64,000 nucleotides of DNA from Candidatus Poseidoniaceae archaeon. GTDB taxonomy: Archaea > Thermoplasmatota > Poseidoniia > Poseidoniales > Poseidoniaceae. The DNA is taken from positions 2,698 through 66,697 of the forward strand of contig JANXHP010000008.1 of assembly GCA_024958795.1 (NCBI GenBank), read 5' to 3'. Shown here piece by piece: positions 9,353 to 17,876 of the stretch. The position numbers and the translations under genes were made by a program. The notes beneath the pieces are model-generated. The model was given only the letters and a program-made list of their open reading frames with translations. It was not told where the DNA came from and searched no databases. The number at the start of each line of letters is the position of its first letter. Position 1 is the stretch's first letter.

Positions 9353-10257
9353 TCAATTTCGTCTTGGACATCAACAGCATTGAGGAATTTTGTTTCAATT
9401 AACTTAACATCAGGATATCTTGAGGTATACCATTGTTTCAGTCGTTCACATGATGGTTTGCTAATAGATGGAGCAACCAATACAATCACAGTTCCAGAAC
9501 CCGACATCCCTGCTGCTCTTGCACCATTAACAAACGCATCATTTGTCAATTTTCTAGCAGTTGAATCCGAGATAATTCCAACCATTGCTCTACCATTCCA
9601 AGTTAGTGCGACAAGTTCTTGTCCTTCTTGAATCGCATTTAATGCGTGAACAAAATTTTGTTGCTGTGCTGAAAAGGCTTCAGGATCAGGTCTTGAAGTT
9701 CGCTCACCTCTTGACAGAATTAAGACGAACCAGTCATCAGCAGGAGGTCCAGAACCCTCCATTAGTACCCCTTCTTCAATTGTTTCAGCATTCACATCGA
9801 TTAATTTCCAACCATTTGTTGCGCAAGCCCAAGCATCATCAATAGAACCGGTGATAGAAACACCTGCTTCCAATTGTGCTTGAGCAGACATTAGTACGAG
9901 GTCTTTGTCTTCTAATTCCATTTCCATTGAATTATTCAATGCGCGTAGTGCAGCGATTGAAACAGCGGCAGATGATTTCAAACCTTGACGCGGTGGGATT
10001 TTTGAAGCGACTGCCCAATGCAAATCCTCTTTTTCTAATTTGTTTGGTAATGAATGTCCACTGGCAACCCATACATTGACGACAGCCTCTAGCAAACCAT
10101 CAGGATCGGATAATGCCCTCTTACTTTCTTTATCGAGAAGGCGAACTGCAACTGGTAAATCAAGTGCCATACTACATCCATAGCCCAAGCCAGCAGCGTG
10201 AAGAAGACTACAAGCGCCATGTGCTTGCCCTTTACCTATCACCGCCATTCTTCTCAC
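9349..10257 (-). CDS. aroK: Archaeal-type (GHMP-family) shikimate kinase
   Basis: The size is about 300 aa, with a GHMP-like pattern (GLKSSAAVSIAALRAL; GMSGSGTVIVLV). Its position in the aro operon and the 4-nt overlaps on both sides support the call. Confidence 0.75.
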   Translation of the reverse strand: MRRMAVIGKGQAHGACSLLHAAGLGYGCSMALDLPVAVRLLDKESKRALSDPDGLLEAVVNVWVASGHSLPNKLEKEDLHWAVASKIPPRQGLKSSAAVSIAALRALNNSMEMELEDKDLVLMSAQAQLEAGVSITGSIDDAWACATNGWKLIDVNAETIEEGVLMEGSGPPADDWFVLILSRGERTSRPDPEAFSAQQQNFVHALNAIQEGQELVALTWNGRAMVGIISDSTARKLTNDAFVNGARAAGMSGSGTVIVLVAPSISKPSCERLKQWYTSRYPDVKLIETKFLNAVDVQDEIE

Positions 10258-11288
10258 CTCTCAACTACTTCGCTTGGCACCGCAACACCGATATGTCTGG
10301 CATCGCGACTACTCCACCCGAGAATCTGTTCGCCAATGGTTAAATCAGTTACGGCTATCAATTTTCTCTGAGAAGTGACTAAACGGACAGTCTCTGCTTG
10401 TTGTGTGAAGACTTGGGACTCTTTATCATTTGTATTCTTGAATGAGAATAATAACATCGGCCTACGTTCAATTTTCAATCTTCCAATGGTAGCAGATTTA
10501 CAGTTTTGTGAATCAGAAACAATTAACACTTCATCACCTGCCTTTAGTTCACTCAAATATTTTGTTGTTCTATCAGCCATCACGATATATGCATGAGGTG
10601 GTCCTGCATTTACTCTAAATGGACGCGAAGGAACATATTCGGAAGCAAGCGTTTCACCATGTATTAATACCATACAAGAAGAACTTGAACCAATTAACAT
10701 ACCTTCACCAATTTCCAAAAGACTTGTCAAATCAATACAATATCTATCCGAGATACCTCCCGATTCAATATTGGTTATCAGTAATGGTTGTAATTCAATA
10801 ATTTCATTATCTTCAACATCATTAATTGGTTCAACAATTTCACCACGTTGTGATTTTGCAATCGTTGCAGAATCAATCATTTGCTGTTCAGGTCTAATCA
10901 CCAAAGCATCAACTCCAATTTCTAACGCAAAAGCAGCTCCTTGTGCTTCTGCAGGAGTGCGGATTAATGCAGCAATTTTGGTAGGACTTCCAGTACAAGC
11001 AGCAATAATATTCTCTATGGGTATCATTGACCAATCTTCAAATTCTAATAATAACCAATTTACACTTCCAACCAATGAGCGTGCAATATCTTGACCCTCA
11101 GATCCATTAATATTGATTATTTGGCCAATGACCTCATCATCTTTAATAATACTATTTCCATTGCTAATAATATTTGGAATATCAGTTTCATTAGGTTGTT
11201 CTATAGATTTAATAATACAATCGATTGAATCTAAACCATAGTTTGATAATTCTGTAAAGTTATCGCGATTATCTAGCCACACTTGCAT
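10254..11288 (-). CDS. aroB': 3-dehydroquinate synthase type II (archaeal AroB')
   Basis: The ORF is 344 aa and lies directly downstream of the AroA' aldolase. Its length and pattern fit the DHQ synthase II family rather than NAD/Zn AroB. Confidence 0.75.
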   Translation of the reverse strand: MQVWLDNRDNFTELSNYGLDSIDCIIKSIEQPNETDIPNIISNGNSIIKDDEVIGQIININGSEGQDIARSLVGSVNWLLLEFEDWSMIPIENIIAACTGSPTKIAALIRTPAEAQGAAFALEIGVDALVIRPEQQMIDSATIAKSQRGEIVEPINDVEDNEIIELQPLLITNIESGGISDRYCIDLTSLLEIGEGMLIGSSSSCMVLIHGETLASEYVPSRPFRVNAGPPHAYIVMADRTTKYLSELKAGDEVLIVSDSQNCKSATIGRLKIERRPMLLFSFKNTNDKESQVFTQQAETVRLVTSQRKLIAVTDLTIGEQILGWSSRDARHIGVAVPSEVVER

Positions 11289-11297
11289 ATTCTCACC

Positions 11298-12095
11298 TCA
11301 TAGGCCACATGACGAAATAGCATCTTCAACAGAATAATTCTGATGAACTAACAAAACGATAGCCTTTGCTATTTTTTCAACTTCGGGATGAGAAAATACT
11401 TGCCTACCCATACAAACTCCGCTTGCACCACTATCCAATGCAGTTCTTACCATTTTTAGAATCTCTAATGAGTCTCCAGTTGAAGGTCCACCAGCAACTA
11501 ACAATGGAATTGGAACACCTTGACAAATTTGTGAAAAACTTTCAGCATCTCCAGTCCATACCGTCTTCGCAGCATCACATCCAAGTTCGAAAGCAAGTCG
11601 AGCAGCATGTGCATTACCAAGTGTTGAATCTCCATCCATAATACTCAAATATTCACCTCTAGCATATATCATGCCGAACATCGGCAATCCTAATTTGTAA
11701 CTTTGACGGCTGATTTCGCCCATCCTTTCAATCATGTCGGCTTCATTTGGGCTACCAATATTCACCTGGCATGAAACTCCAATCCCTCCTCTTGACAGTA
11801 CTTCGTCTGGATGACCTACAAGCACTTTGTTTGCAATATCGGGACCTGCATGCCTTGTTGAAACTGATAAATGTACTACCATATTTGTGTTTGTACCTTG
11901 ACATAGGTGAGAATATTGGCTAACAACGCCTTTTTGAGCGAGTATTACATCAACTCCAGCAGAAATTAATGCTTTTATCGTCCCTTCAGTATCCATCAAA
12001 CCTTGCACAGGAAAATCAGATGCTCCATGATCAATAGGAATCCATACACCCCTGCCATTCGGCAATAGTTTCTCTAGGCGTGCAGCCCTATCCAT
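11298..12095 (-). CDS. aroA': 2-amino-3,7-dideoxy-D-threo-hept-6-ulosonate synthase (AroA', DhnA-type class I aldolase)
   Basis: This is a 265-aa DhnA/FbaB-like TIM barrel (VWIPIDHG, DAAKTVWTGD with a candidate Schiff-base Lys, VAGGPS). It is the first gene of the aro operon. Confidence 0.8.
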   Translation of the reverse strand: MDRAARLEKLLPNGRGVWIPIDHGASDFPVQGLMDTEGTIKALISAGVDVILAQKGVVSQYSHLCQGTNTNMVVHLSVSTRHAGPDIANKVLVGHPDEVLSRGGIGVSCQVNIGSPNEADMIERMGEISRQSYKLGLPMFGMIYARGEYLSIMDGDSTLGNAHAARLAFELGCDAAKTVWTGDAESFSQICQGVPIPLLVAGGPSTGDSLEILKMVRTALDSGASGVCMGRQVFSHPEVEKIAKAIVLLVHQNYSVEDAISSCGL

Positions 12096-12161
12096 GCTAC
12101 TCCCACGAGCATCATAGGGTCAAGGTTTCGCATGTGTATTCATAACGAATAATGCGAACAA

Positions 12162-12806
12162 TCAATCATTTCTTAATGATTCAGCAGCCCAATTCATCAG
12201 ATTTGATTCTGCTCTGCTAAGGTGTTCTTGCAGTGTTGAGCGAGGAATATTCAAATTCTCAGATAGTTGTCTCAAACTAGTCTTTTTCGGAGTTTGATAA
12301 TAACCAACAGAACAAGCTGCAATTACACATTCTCTCTGTTTATCTGTTAGCAGTTGCTCTAATGCCCCTTCATCATCAACCATTTCGACGACCTTCACCT
12401 GATCAGGAGGTAAAAACAACTTACAGATTTTCAAGAAATTAGAAATCCCTTGCGGCACCCCTCTAACGGTAATTTCCATTCCATCGCCTCCGAATGAGTA
12501 AGGGGGAATGATGTGAATATCTTGAAAATCTATTGCTGCTACTGAAAGTGGATGAGAATTCCAAATAACAAGGTGACCGGCTCCGTTTTTTTCCAAATAA
12601 GAATCCTCAAATGTCAAAAATGGAATCTCATTCAAATCATCTGGCCCCTTCCCATCTTTGAATGTTGGAATAATTAATTGGCGTACCCCTTTTTCACTAA
12701 CGTCTAAATGCGCAACAACTTCCAATTTAGTGGCTATTTTTGCAATAGAAGCATATTCTGAAGTTGCAATGCTTTGTGCATTCCAAGAGATATGTGCTTC
12801 TCTCAT
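12162..12806 (-). CDS. Bat-type (HTH_10) transcriptional regulator
   Basis: The C-terminal segment LTDKQRECVIAACSVGYYQTPKKTSLRQLSENLNIPRSTLQEHLSRAESNLMNW is the characteristic HTH_10 / bacterio-opsin-activator-type HTH. Confidence 0.8.
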   Translation of the reverse strand: MREAHISWNAQSIATSEYASIAKIATKLEVVAHLDVSEKGVRQLIIPTFKDGKGPDDLNEIPFLTFEDSYLEKNGAGHLVIWNSHPLSVAAIDFQDIHIIPPYSFGGDGMEITVRGVPQGISNFLKICKLFLPPDQVKVVEMVDDEGALEQLLTDKQRECVIAACSVGYYQTPKKTSLRQLSENLNIPRSTLQEHLSRAESNLMNWAAESLRND

Positions 12807-12859
12807 AGTTACACTAATCTGTTGCGATTAATAACAATAATTGATTAGTAGAATGACAT

Positions 12860-12875
12860 TGCACCAGTCAGTGCA
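12860..12875. promoter_or_regulatory. Inverted repeat TGCAC-N6-GTGCA abutting a TATA-like box, in a divergent promoter region
   Basis: tgcaccagtcagtgca is followed immediately by catatttatatc. It lies between the HTH_10 regulator gene (minus strand) and the ABC transporter operon (plus strand). Confidence 0.35.
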
Positions 12876-12938
12876 CATATTTATATCGGAGTCACGGCAA
12901 AAATATAACACGGGCTTTGCCTAATTGAGAGTGAATTA

Positions 12939-13721
12939 ATGTCAATTGTTGATTTGAATGGTATTAGCAGGATTTATGGTGAAGGCGATACCGAAGTTCG
13001 TGCTCTTGATGATATTGATTTATTGATTGAACCAGGGGAGATAGTTGCGCTATTAGGTCCATCGGGCTCTGGAAAAACAACATTGTTGAACATTATTGCT
13101 GCACTGGACCCCCCTACCTCTGGAAATTATTCCTTCACAGGTGAGGAAGTGGAATTAGGTGATGTCGGAAAAATGACAGATTTCAGGAGGAAAAACATTG
13201 GATATATATTTCAATTTTTCAATCTAGTAGGTGACTTAACTGCACTGGAAAACACCATGCTGGTACAAGACTTATCTGGTAAAAGAGATAAAAAGTATGC
13301 ACTAGAATTACTGGAAAGGGTAGGCCTCAAAGGACTTGAAGATAGGTTTCCTTCTCAAATGAGCGGAGGGCAAAGGCAAAGAGTAGCAATCGCCAGAGCA
13401 CTTTCTAGTCGTCCAAAAATGATGCTAGGAGATGAACTAACAGGCAACCTCGACTCGGAGACATCAATTCAAGTGCTGGACACGCTAATTGATATTTGCC
13501 GGAAAGAAGGAATGACAGTATTATTCGTCACTCACGATCGCAGTCTAACCAAATATGCCACTAGAGTCTTACAACTTGAAAGCGGAAAAATAATTAGTGA
13601 CGAAATTGGTGGTCTTTCGACGATTAGCGGCCAAGTTGAAAGTGCTGCAAAAGATGTAATTACTGGTGCAAAAAAAATCGCTGGAAAAATTTTAGAATTT
13701 GCCGATGAAGTCATTAGGTGA
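12939..13721 (+). CDS. ABC transporter ATP-binding protein (MacB/LolD/FtsE-like)
   Basis: Walker A is GPSGSGKTT, the ABC signature is MSGGQRQRVAIARAL, and Walker B is MMLGDELT. Confidence 0.95.
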   Translation: MSIVDLNGISRIYGEGDTEVRALDDIDLLIEPGEIVALLGPSGSGKTTLLNIIAALDPPTSGNYSFTGEEVELGDVGKMTDFRRKNIGYIFQFFNLVGDLTALENTMLVQDLSGKRDKKYALELLERVGLKGLEDRFPSQMSGGQRQRVAIARALSSRPKMMLGDELTGNLDSETSIQVLDTLIDICRKEGMTVLFVTHDRSLTKYATRVLQLESGKIISDEIGGLSTISGQVESAAKDVITGAKKIAGKILEFADEVIR

Positions 13722-16105
13722 GCAAAGTGAGTAGACTCTTACTAACAAGATTAAGGCGCAGTATGATGCGCTCTAAGTTACGTGTATTCACAGTGGTAGC
13801 CATAGTGGCATTAGCCACTTATACAGGCGTAACGTTATCTGAACATGGAAGAAATGCTGGATATGTTTACGAAGATTTCTATGCTGAAACAAATCTATCC
13901 GATTTGATAGTTTCAGATGTGGAACAACCTCGAAGCAACTTCACACGACTATGCGATTCACATTCCGATTGGACTTGTGAATCAAGATTGACTTTACAAG
14001 GACAGACTTATCATTCTTCAACTGATGAAAATAAATGGATTCAATCCCTTTGGCACGGAATGGAACTTGGAGAGGTATCGGGACTGTATCTTATTGAAGG
14101 ATCACTCACTCCAGGTGATGGTGAAATCGTTATTGATGCCCATGCTGCAGAAGGATTGAATTACAAAATAGGTGACCAAGTCCGAATTATTGCTGGCAAT
14201 GGTACAAATGAATTGACTATTATTGGAATCGCAAATTCTCCAATGCACTTATGGTATGCTGCTGAGGGAACTTTGTTCCCCAGTAATGATGGGTACGTCG
14301 TTGGGTATCTTGATGCAGAATATCTGGCGAGCATTGGAGGCTTTGACCCTCTAACAAGGAATGAGATGTACATTGATATGCCAGGAAATCCATCATTTGA
14401 TTTATCAGAAACACTTGACTTGGATGAAGGAGCGGAATTAACTATTTCTCGATTGGAATTAGTTGAGGAGATGCGTTCTTTAGATATGGAAGGAGATGTT
14501 GTTGATAGGAGTGGAATGACAAGTCCAGAACTTCTTAGAATCGATTTAGAAGGTACAAAAAAATCATCACCATTTATTCTAACTGTATTACTTCTTGTTT
14601 CCGGATTGATGATTGCGATTTCAATTAGCCGATTAGTAAAATCACATTCACAAGAAATCGCAGTACTTCGCACCATAGGAGCATCTGGTAAGGACATAAT
14701 GACCGGATATCTATTGATACCATTATTCCTCGGAATACCAGGAGTGATAATTGGTATTCTTCTTGGAGTTTCACCGATAGGATCTCAAATGATGACAGAA
14801 TTTTATTTTAATTTCTTTGGAATACCAGTAGTAATTGTTAGGCATTATCCAGACCTATTATTGAAAATCGGTCTGGGTAGCATTGTGTTAATCTCGTTAT
14901 TTGGAATAAGGCCTGCATTACGAGCTTCACGCCTTCAGCCATTAGATATTCTAAATCGGACAAGTCAAAAGCCACCATCAAGATTCATGGTCAAAATAAC
15001 TTCTGCATTACCTCCTGGTCCTAGTTTAGCAATACGCTCAACATTTAGAAATCCTTCAAGACTGATTGCTACATTGGTAATGTTATCACTTTCAATGGTA
15101 ATAATGGGTGGTACAATGATGATGCAGGTCGGATTTGAGACGCTGTTCAATGAAACAATGGATGAGCAAGAAAATTGGGATGCTCAAGCATATATGTGGC
15201 CGGCGAATGTTGGAGAAATAGAATCATGGGCTCAACAAAACGCTTCAGATTATGAATTGTTAATACGCAGTAGTGGCAATGCTTCGAATGACCCAAGAAT
15301 TTTCACTATCTATGGCTTGGAAAACATTGTCAGCGACGAATCAGCAATGCATCGTTTCAATATCGTCAAAGGTGAGATACCAACGATTGGACAAAATCCC
15401 CCTCAAGTATTAATCGATGAAGGGATGGCGAGTGAACTTGATTGGGATGTTTCAGATAAGGTGAAAATCTCCCAAGGTTCAGCTGAAGTAGAGGTTGAGG
15501 TGACAGGAATAGTTAGGGAATTAGAGCGTACAATGGTATTCTATAGAACTGATTATGCGCCGATTACCGGTTGGGATGCTAATGGAATAAGATTGACATT
15601 TGATGAAGGTCAACAATTAGACGATGATGTGAGAAGTTTAACATCAGTAGTAATTACCAAAGAAGAATTGCTAACTGGTTTTAGGGAGTTATTAAAGCAA
15701 CAAGCGTCATTAATGATGTCAACATATATGATTGGTGCAATAATGGCAGTTGCAATTCTATTCAATACATTGATGATGAATTTAGCTGAACGAGATAATG
15801 AATTAGCAACATTAAGAGTTCTTGGTGCTAGCGTAAAAGATTTAGCAATAATATTGACAATTGAGCACGCCTTTATCGGTATTATAGGCGGTATTGCAGG
15901 CGTTGCAACATCGATTCTAATGTTCCAAGGAATGGCTTCGGCATTCTCTACTTGGCAATTCTTTATCCCGGTAACTATTGATTTATTAGTAGCAGTGAAG
16001 GTATTATTGTTCATATTAATCGCATCGTTAGCAACAACACCGTTTGGTATGTGGAGAATCAGAAAAATGGACCTTTTGGACGTAGTTTCTCGACACCAAA
16101 ATTAG
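13718..16105 (+). CDS. ABC transporter permease with duplicated FtsX/MacB-type domains (795 aa)
   Basis: The GTG start overlaps the upstream stop (GTGA). There are two blocks, each a large extracytoplasmic domain followed by a 3-TM FtsX-like bundle (LRTIGASGKDI... and LRVLGASVKDL...). Confidence 0.9.
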   Translation: MSKVSRLLLTRLRRSMMRSKLRVFTVVAIVALATYTGVTLSEHGRNAGYVYEDFYAETNLSDLIVSDVEQPRSNFTRLCDSHSDWTCESRLTLQGQTYHSSTDENKWIQSLWHGMELGEVSGLYLIEGSLTPGDGEIVIDAHAAEGLNYKIGDQVRIIAGNGTNELTIIGIANSPMHLWYAAEGTLFPSNDGYVVGYLDAEYLASIGGFDPLTRNEMYIDMPGNPSFDLSETLDLDEGAELTISRLELVEEMRSLDMEGDVVDRSGMTSPELLRIDLEGTKKSSPFILTVLLLVSGLMIAISISRLVKSHSQEIAVLRTIGASGKDIMTGYLLIPLFLGIPGVIIGILLGVSPIGSQMMTEFYFNFFGIPVVIVRHYPDLLLKIGLGSIVLISLFGIRPALRASRLQPLDILNRTSQKPPSRFMVKITSALPPGPSLAIRSTFRNPSRLIATLVMLSLSMVIMGGTMMMQVGFETLFNETMDEQENWDAQAYMWPANVGEIESWAQQNASDYELLIRSSGNASNDPRIFTIYGLENIVSDESAMHRFNIVKGEIPTIGQNPPQVLIDEGMASELDWDVSDKVKISQGSAEVEVEVTGIVRELERTMVFYRTDYAPITGWDANGIRLTFDEGQQLDDDVRSLTSVVITKEELLTGFRELLKQQASLMMSTYMIGAIMAVAILFNTLMMNLAERDNELATLRVLGASVKDLAIILTIEHAFIGIIGGIAGVATSILMFQGMASAFSTWQFFIPVTIDLLVAVKVLLFILIASLATTPFGMWRIRKMDLLDVVSRHQN

Positions 16106-16153
16106 TACTGTTAGAGGAATGTTTCAATAGTTACCACCTGCAGAGGCCAAACT

Positions 16154-17845
16154 ATGGAACCCGGTGCATTGGGCATGACCATTGTTTTTGGTGGTGCATT
16201 TTTCGTTGGTATTTGGGCTATTTTTCTTCGTAAGGGAGCAGATGTAAATGTTCGTCAAGGAATGAGTGCTGAGGGATTGCGTAATGCTAACAATGCACCT
16301 GGCTTTGGACGAGCCAAAAATGAATTTGACCGTAAACTCGCTTTGGTTGAAGAGCGTAGAAGGAGACGTGAAGCAATTGAGAATCGTTTGCAACTAGAAG
16401 AATCAGATCGTATAGCCAAAGAAGAAGCTGAAAGAATTGCTAAACAAGTGACTGAGGAAAGAGAGCAGGCAGAACGTGAGAGAATTGCTGCTGAACAAGA
16501 AGCAGAGCGTCTTCGCTTAGAACAGGAAGAGGAAGAAAGGCTCCGCTTAGAACAAGAAGAAGCAGATAGAATCGCCCGCGAAGAAGAAGAGGCACGTTTG
16601 GCTGAAGAAAGAGAAACCTTGCGTCAACAGGAAATGGCTGATGCGGAAAAGCAGAGATTGAGAGAAATAAAGAAGGCTGCAAAACAGGCTGAAATGGAAT
16701 CTCGTGAAGCAGCACAACGAGCGATGTCTGAATTACAAGAAAGATTAGCGCGTGAAGGTGCTCGTTCATCTGATGTCCAAGTATCTCTAATGTGGAATAA
16801 TTACAATGATTTGGATTTACACATAGTATGTCCAAGTGGTGAACGTATCCATGGTGGGAATAAAATTTCCAATTGTGGTGGCGAACTGGATGTTGATGCC
16901 AATGTAAGGGCTGAAACCAAGAAACCTGTTGAAAATGTTGTTTGGCCGGAAGGTAAAGCACCTGCTGGAGTATACCAAGTCTATGTTCACCATTACAAGA
17001 AGCATGCAAAGCGCAGAACAAGAGATCCAACAAAGTTCCAAATCATTGCTTCAAATGGAGGAGATGTTATGGAATATAATGGTGCATTGACTCACGGAGA
17101 CCCGATTAAGTTAGTATGTGAATTCAAGGTTGCATCTCCTGAGGAGAGAGCTGCTAAGAAGAGAGAACTTGAAGAACAGATATTAGTTGCAAACGCTCTA
17201 GAAAATAAAGAAGAGGAAGAAGAGGAATCCGATTCAGACTCTGAAGAGCAAACAATAGATGCAGATTCTAGTGAAGCGAATGATGAGGTTTCTGAATCAG
17301 ACTCTGAAGGGCAACCTATAGCCGCAACCACGCAGACAATGACCGAATTGCAAAAGCGACTAAAGCGTGAAGATGGTCGTTCTTCTGATGTCCAAGTCTC
17401 TCTAATGTGGAATAATTTCAATGATTTAGACCTGCATGTGATCACTCCAAGTGGCGAAGCATTACACGGTGGAAACAGGAGTTCTGAATGTGGAGGGGAA
17501 CTGGATGTCGATGCCAACGAGAATGCTGAAACCAAGAAACCTGTTGAAAATGTTGTTTGGCCAGAAGGTAAAGCACCTGCAGGAGTATACCAAGTCTATG
17601 TTAACCATTACAAGAAGCACGCTAAGCGCAAAACAAAAGATCCAACAGAATTCCAAGTCATTACTTCAAATGGAGAAGATGTTATGGAATATAATGGTGC
17701 ATTAACTCATGGAGACCCGAAGAAGTTAGTTTGTGAATTCACAGTAGCATCTGCTGAGGAAGAAGACGATGCGGATGATTCTAACCCTGGTGAAATTCCA
17801 GGAATGCCAGATTTAGATGAACTATCCGAACAACTGAAAGATTGA
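16154..17845 (+). CDS. Membrane-tethered protein: N-terminal TM + ER/K charged helix + two tandem DUF2135/YfaP-like modules + acidic tail
   Basis: The TM is GMTIVFGGAFFVGIWAIFL followed by RK. About 145 aa of E/R/K/A/Q repeats follow. Two modules carry SSDVQVSLMWNN(Y/F)NDLDLH..PSGE...CGGELDVDAN...KKPVENVVWPEGKAPAGVYQVYV.HYKKH. The linker is EEEEEESDSDSEE. Confidence 0.85.
   Translation: MEPGALGMTIVFGGAFFVGIWAIFLRKGADVNVRQGMSAEGLRNANNAPGFGRAKNEFDRKLALVEERRRRREAIENRLQLEESDRIAKEEAERIAKQVTEEREQAERERIAAEQEAERLRLEQEEEERLRLEQEEADRIAREEEEARLAEERETLRQQEMADAEKQRLREIKKAAKQAEMESREAAQRAMSELQERLAREGARSSDVQVSLMWNNYNDLDLHIVCPSGERIHGGNKISNCGGELDVDANVRAETKKPVENVVWPEGKAPAGVYQVYVHHYKKHAKRRTRDPTKFQIIASNGGDVMEYNGALTHGDPIKLVCEFKVASPEERAAKKRELEEQILVANALENKEEEEEESDSDSEEQTIDADSSEANDEVSESDSEGQPIAATTQTMTELQKRLKREDGRSSDVQVSLMWNNFNDLDLHVITPSGEALHGGNRSSECGGELDVDANENAETKKPVENVVWPEGKAPAGVYQVYVNHYKKHAKRKTKDPTEFQVITSNGEDVMEYNGALTHGDPKKLVCEFTVASAEEEDDADDSNPGEIPGMPDLDELSEQLKD
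16724..17150 (+). repeat. Intragenic tandem duplication, copy 1 (period 615 nt)
   Basis: It aligns to 17339..17765 without gaps. The core 16910..17004 differs from 17525..17619 at only 3 of 95 positions. Confidence 0.9.
17339..17765 (+). repeat. Intragenic tandem duplication, copy 2
   Basis: See copy 1. Both copies share the same reading frame and the same domain signature. Confidence 0.9.
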
Positions 17846-17855
17846 ATCTAATTTC

Positions 17856-17872
17856 TTCTTCACAGTGAAGAA
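17856..17872. terminator. Perfect 8-bp hairpin between convergent genes
   Basis: ttcttcac-a-gtgaagaa lies in the 31-nt gap between the stops at 17845 (plus strand) and 17877 (minus strand). A T-rich tract (atttcttctt) is adjacent. Confidence 0.4.
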
Positions 17873-17876
17873 TGTC

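Noticed and set aside
16440-17535. Several minus-strand ORFs (16440-17033, 16817-17041, 17092-17535, 17462-17656) inside the ER/K / tandem-module gene
   Set aside because: They are antisense to a clearly coding, internally duplicated plus-strand gene. They arise from the stop-poor GAA/GAG-rich complement. Their translations are low-complexity without motifs.
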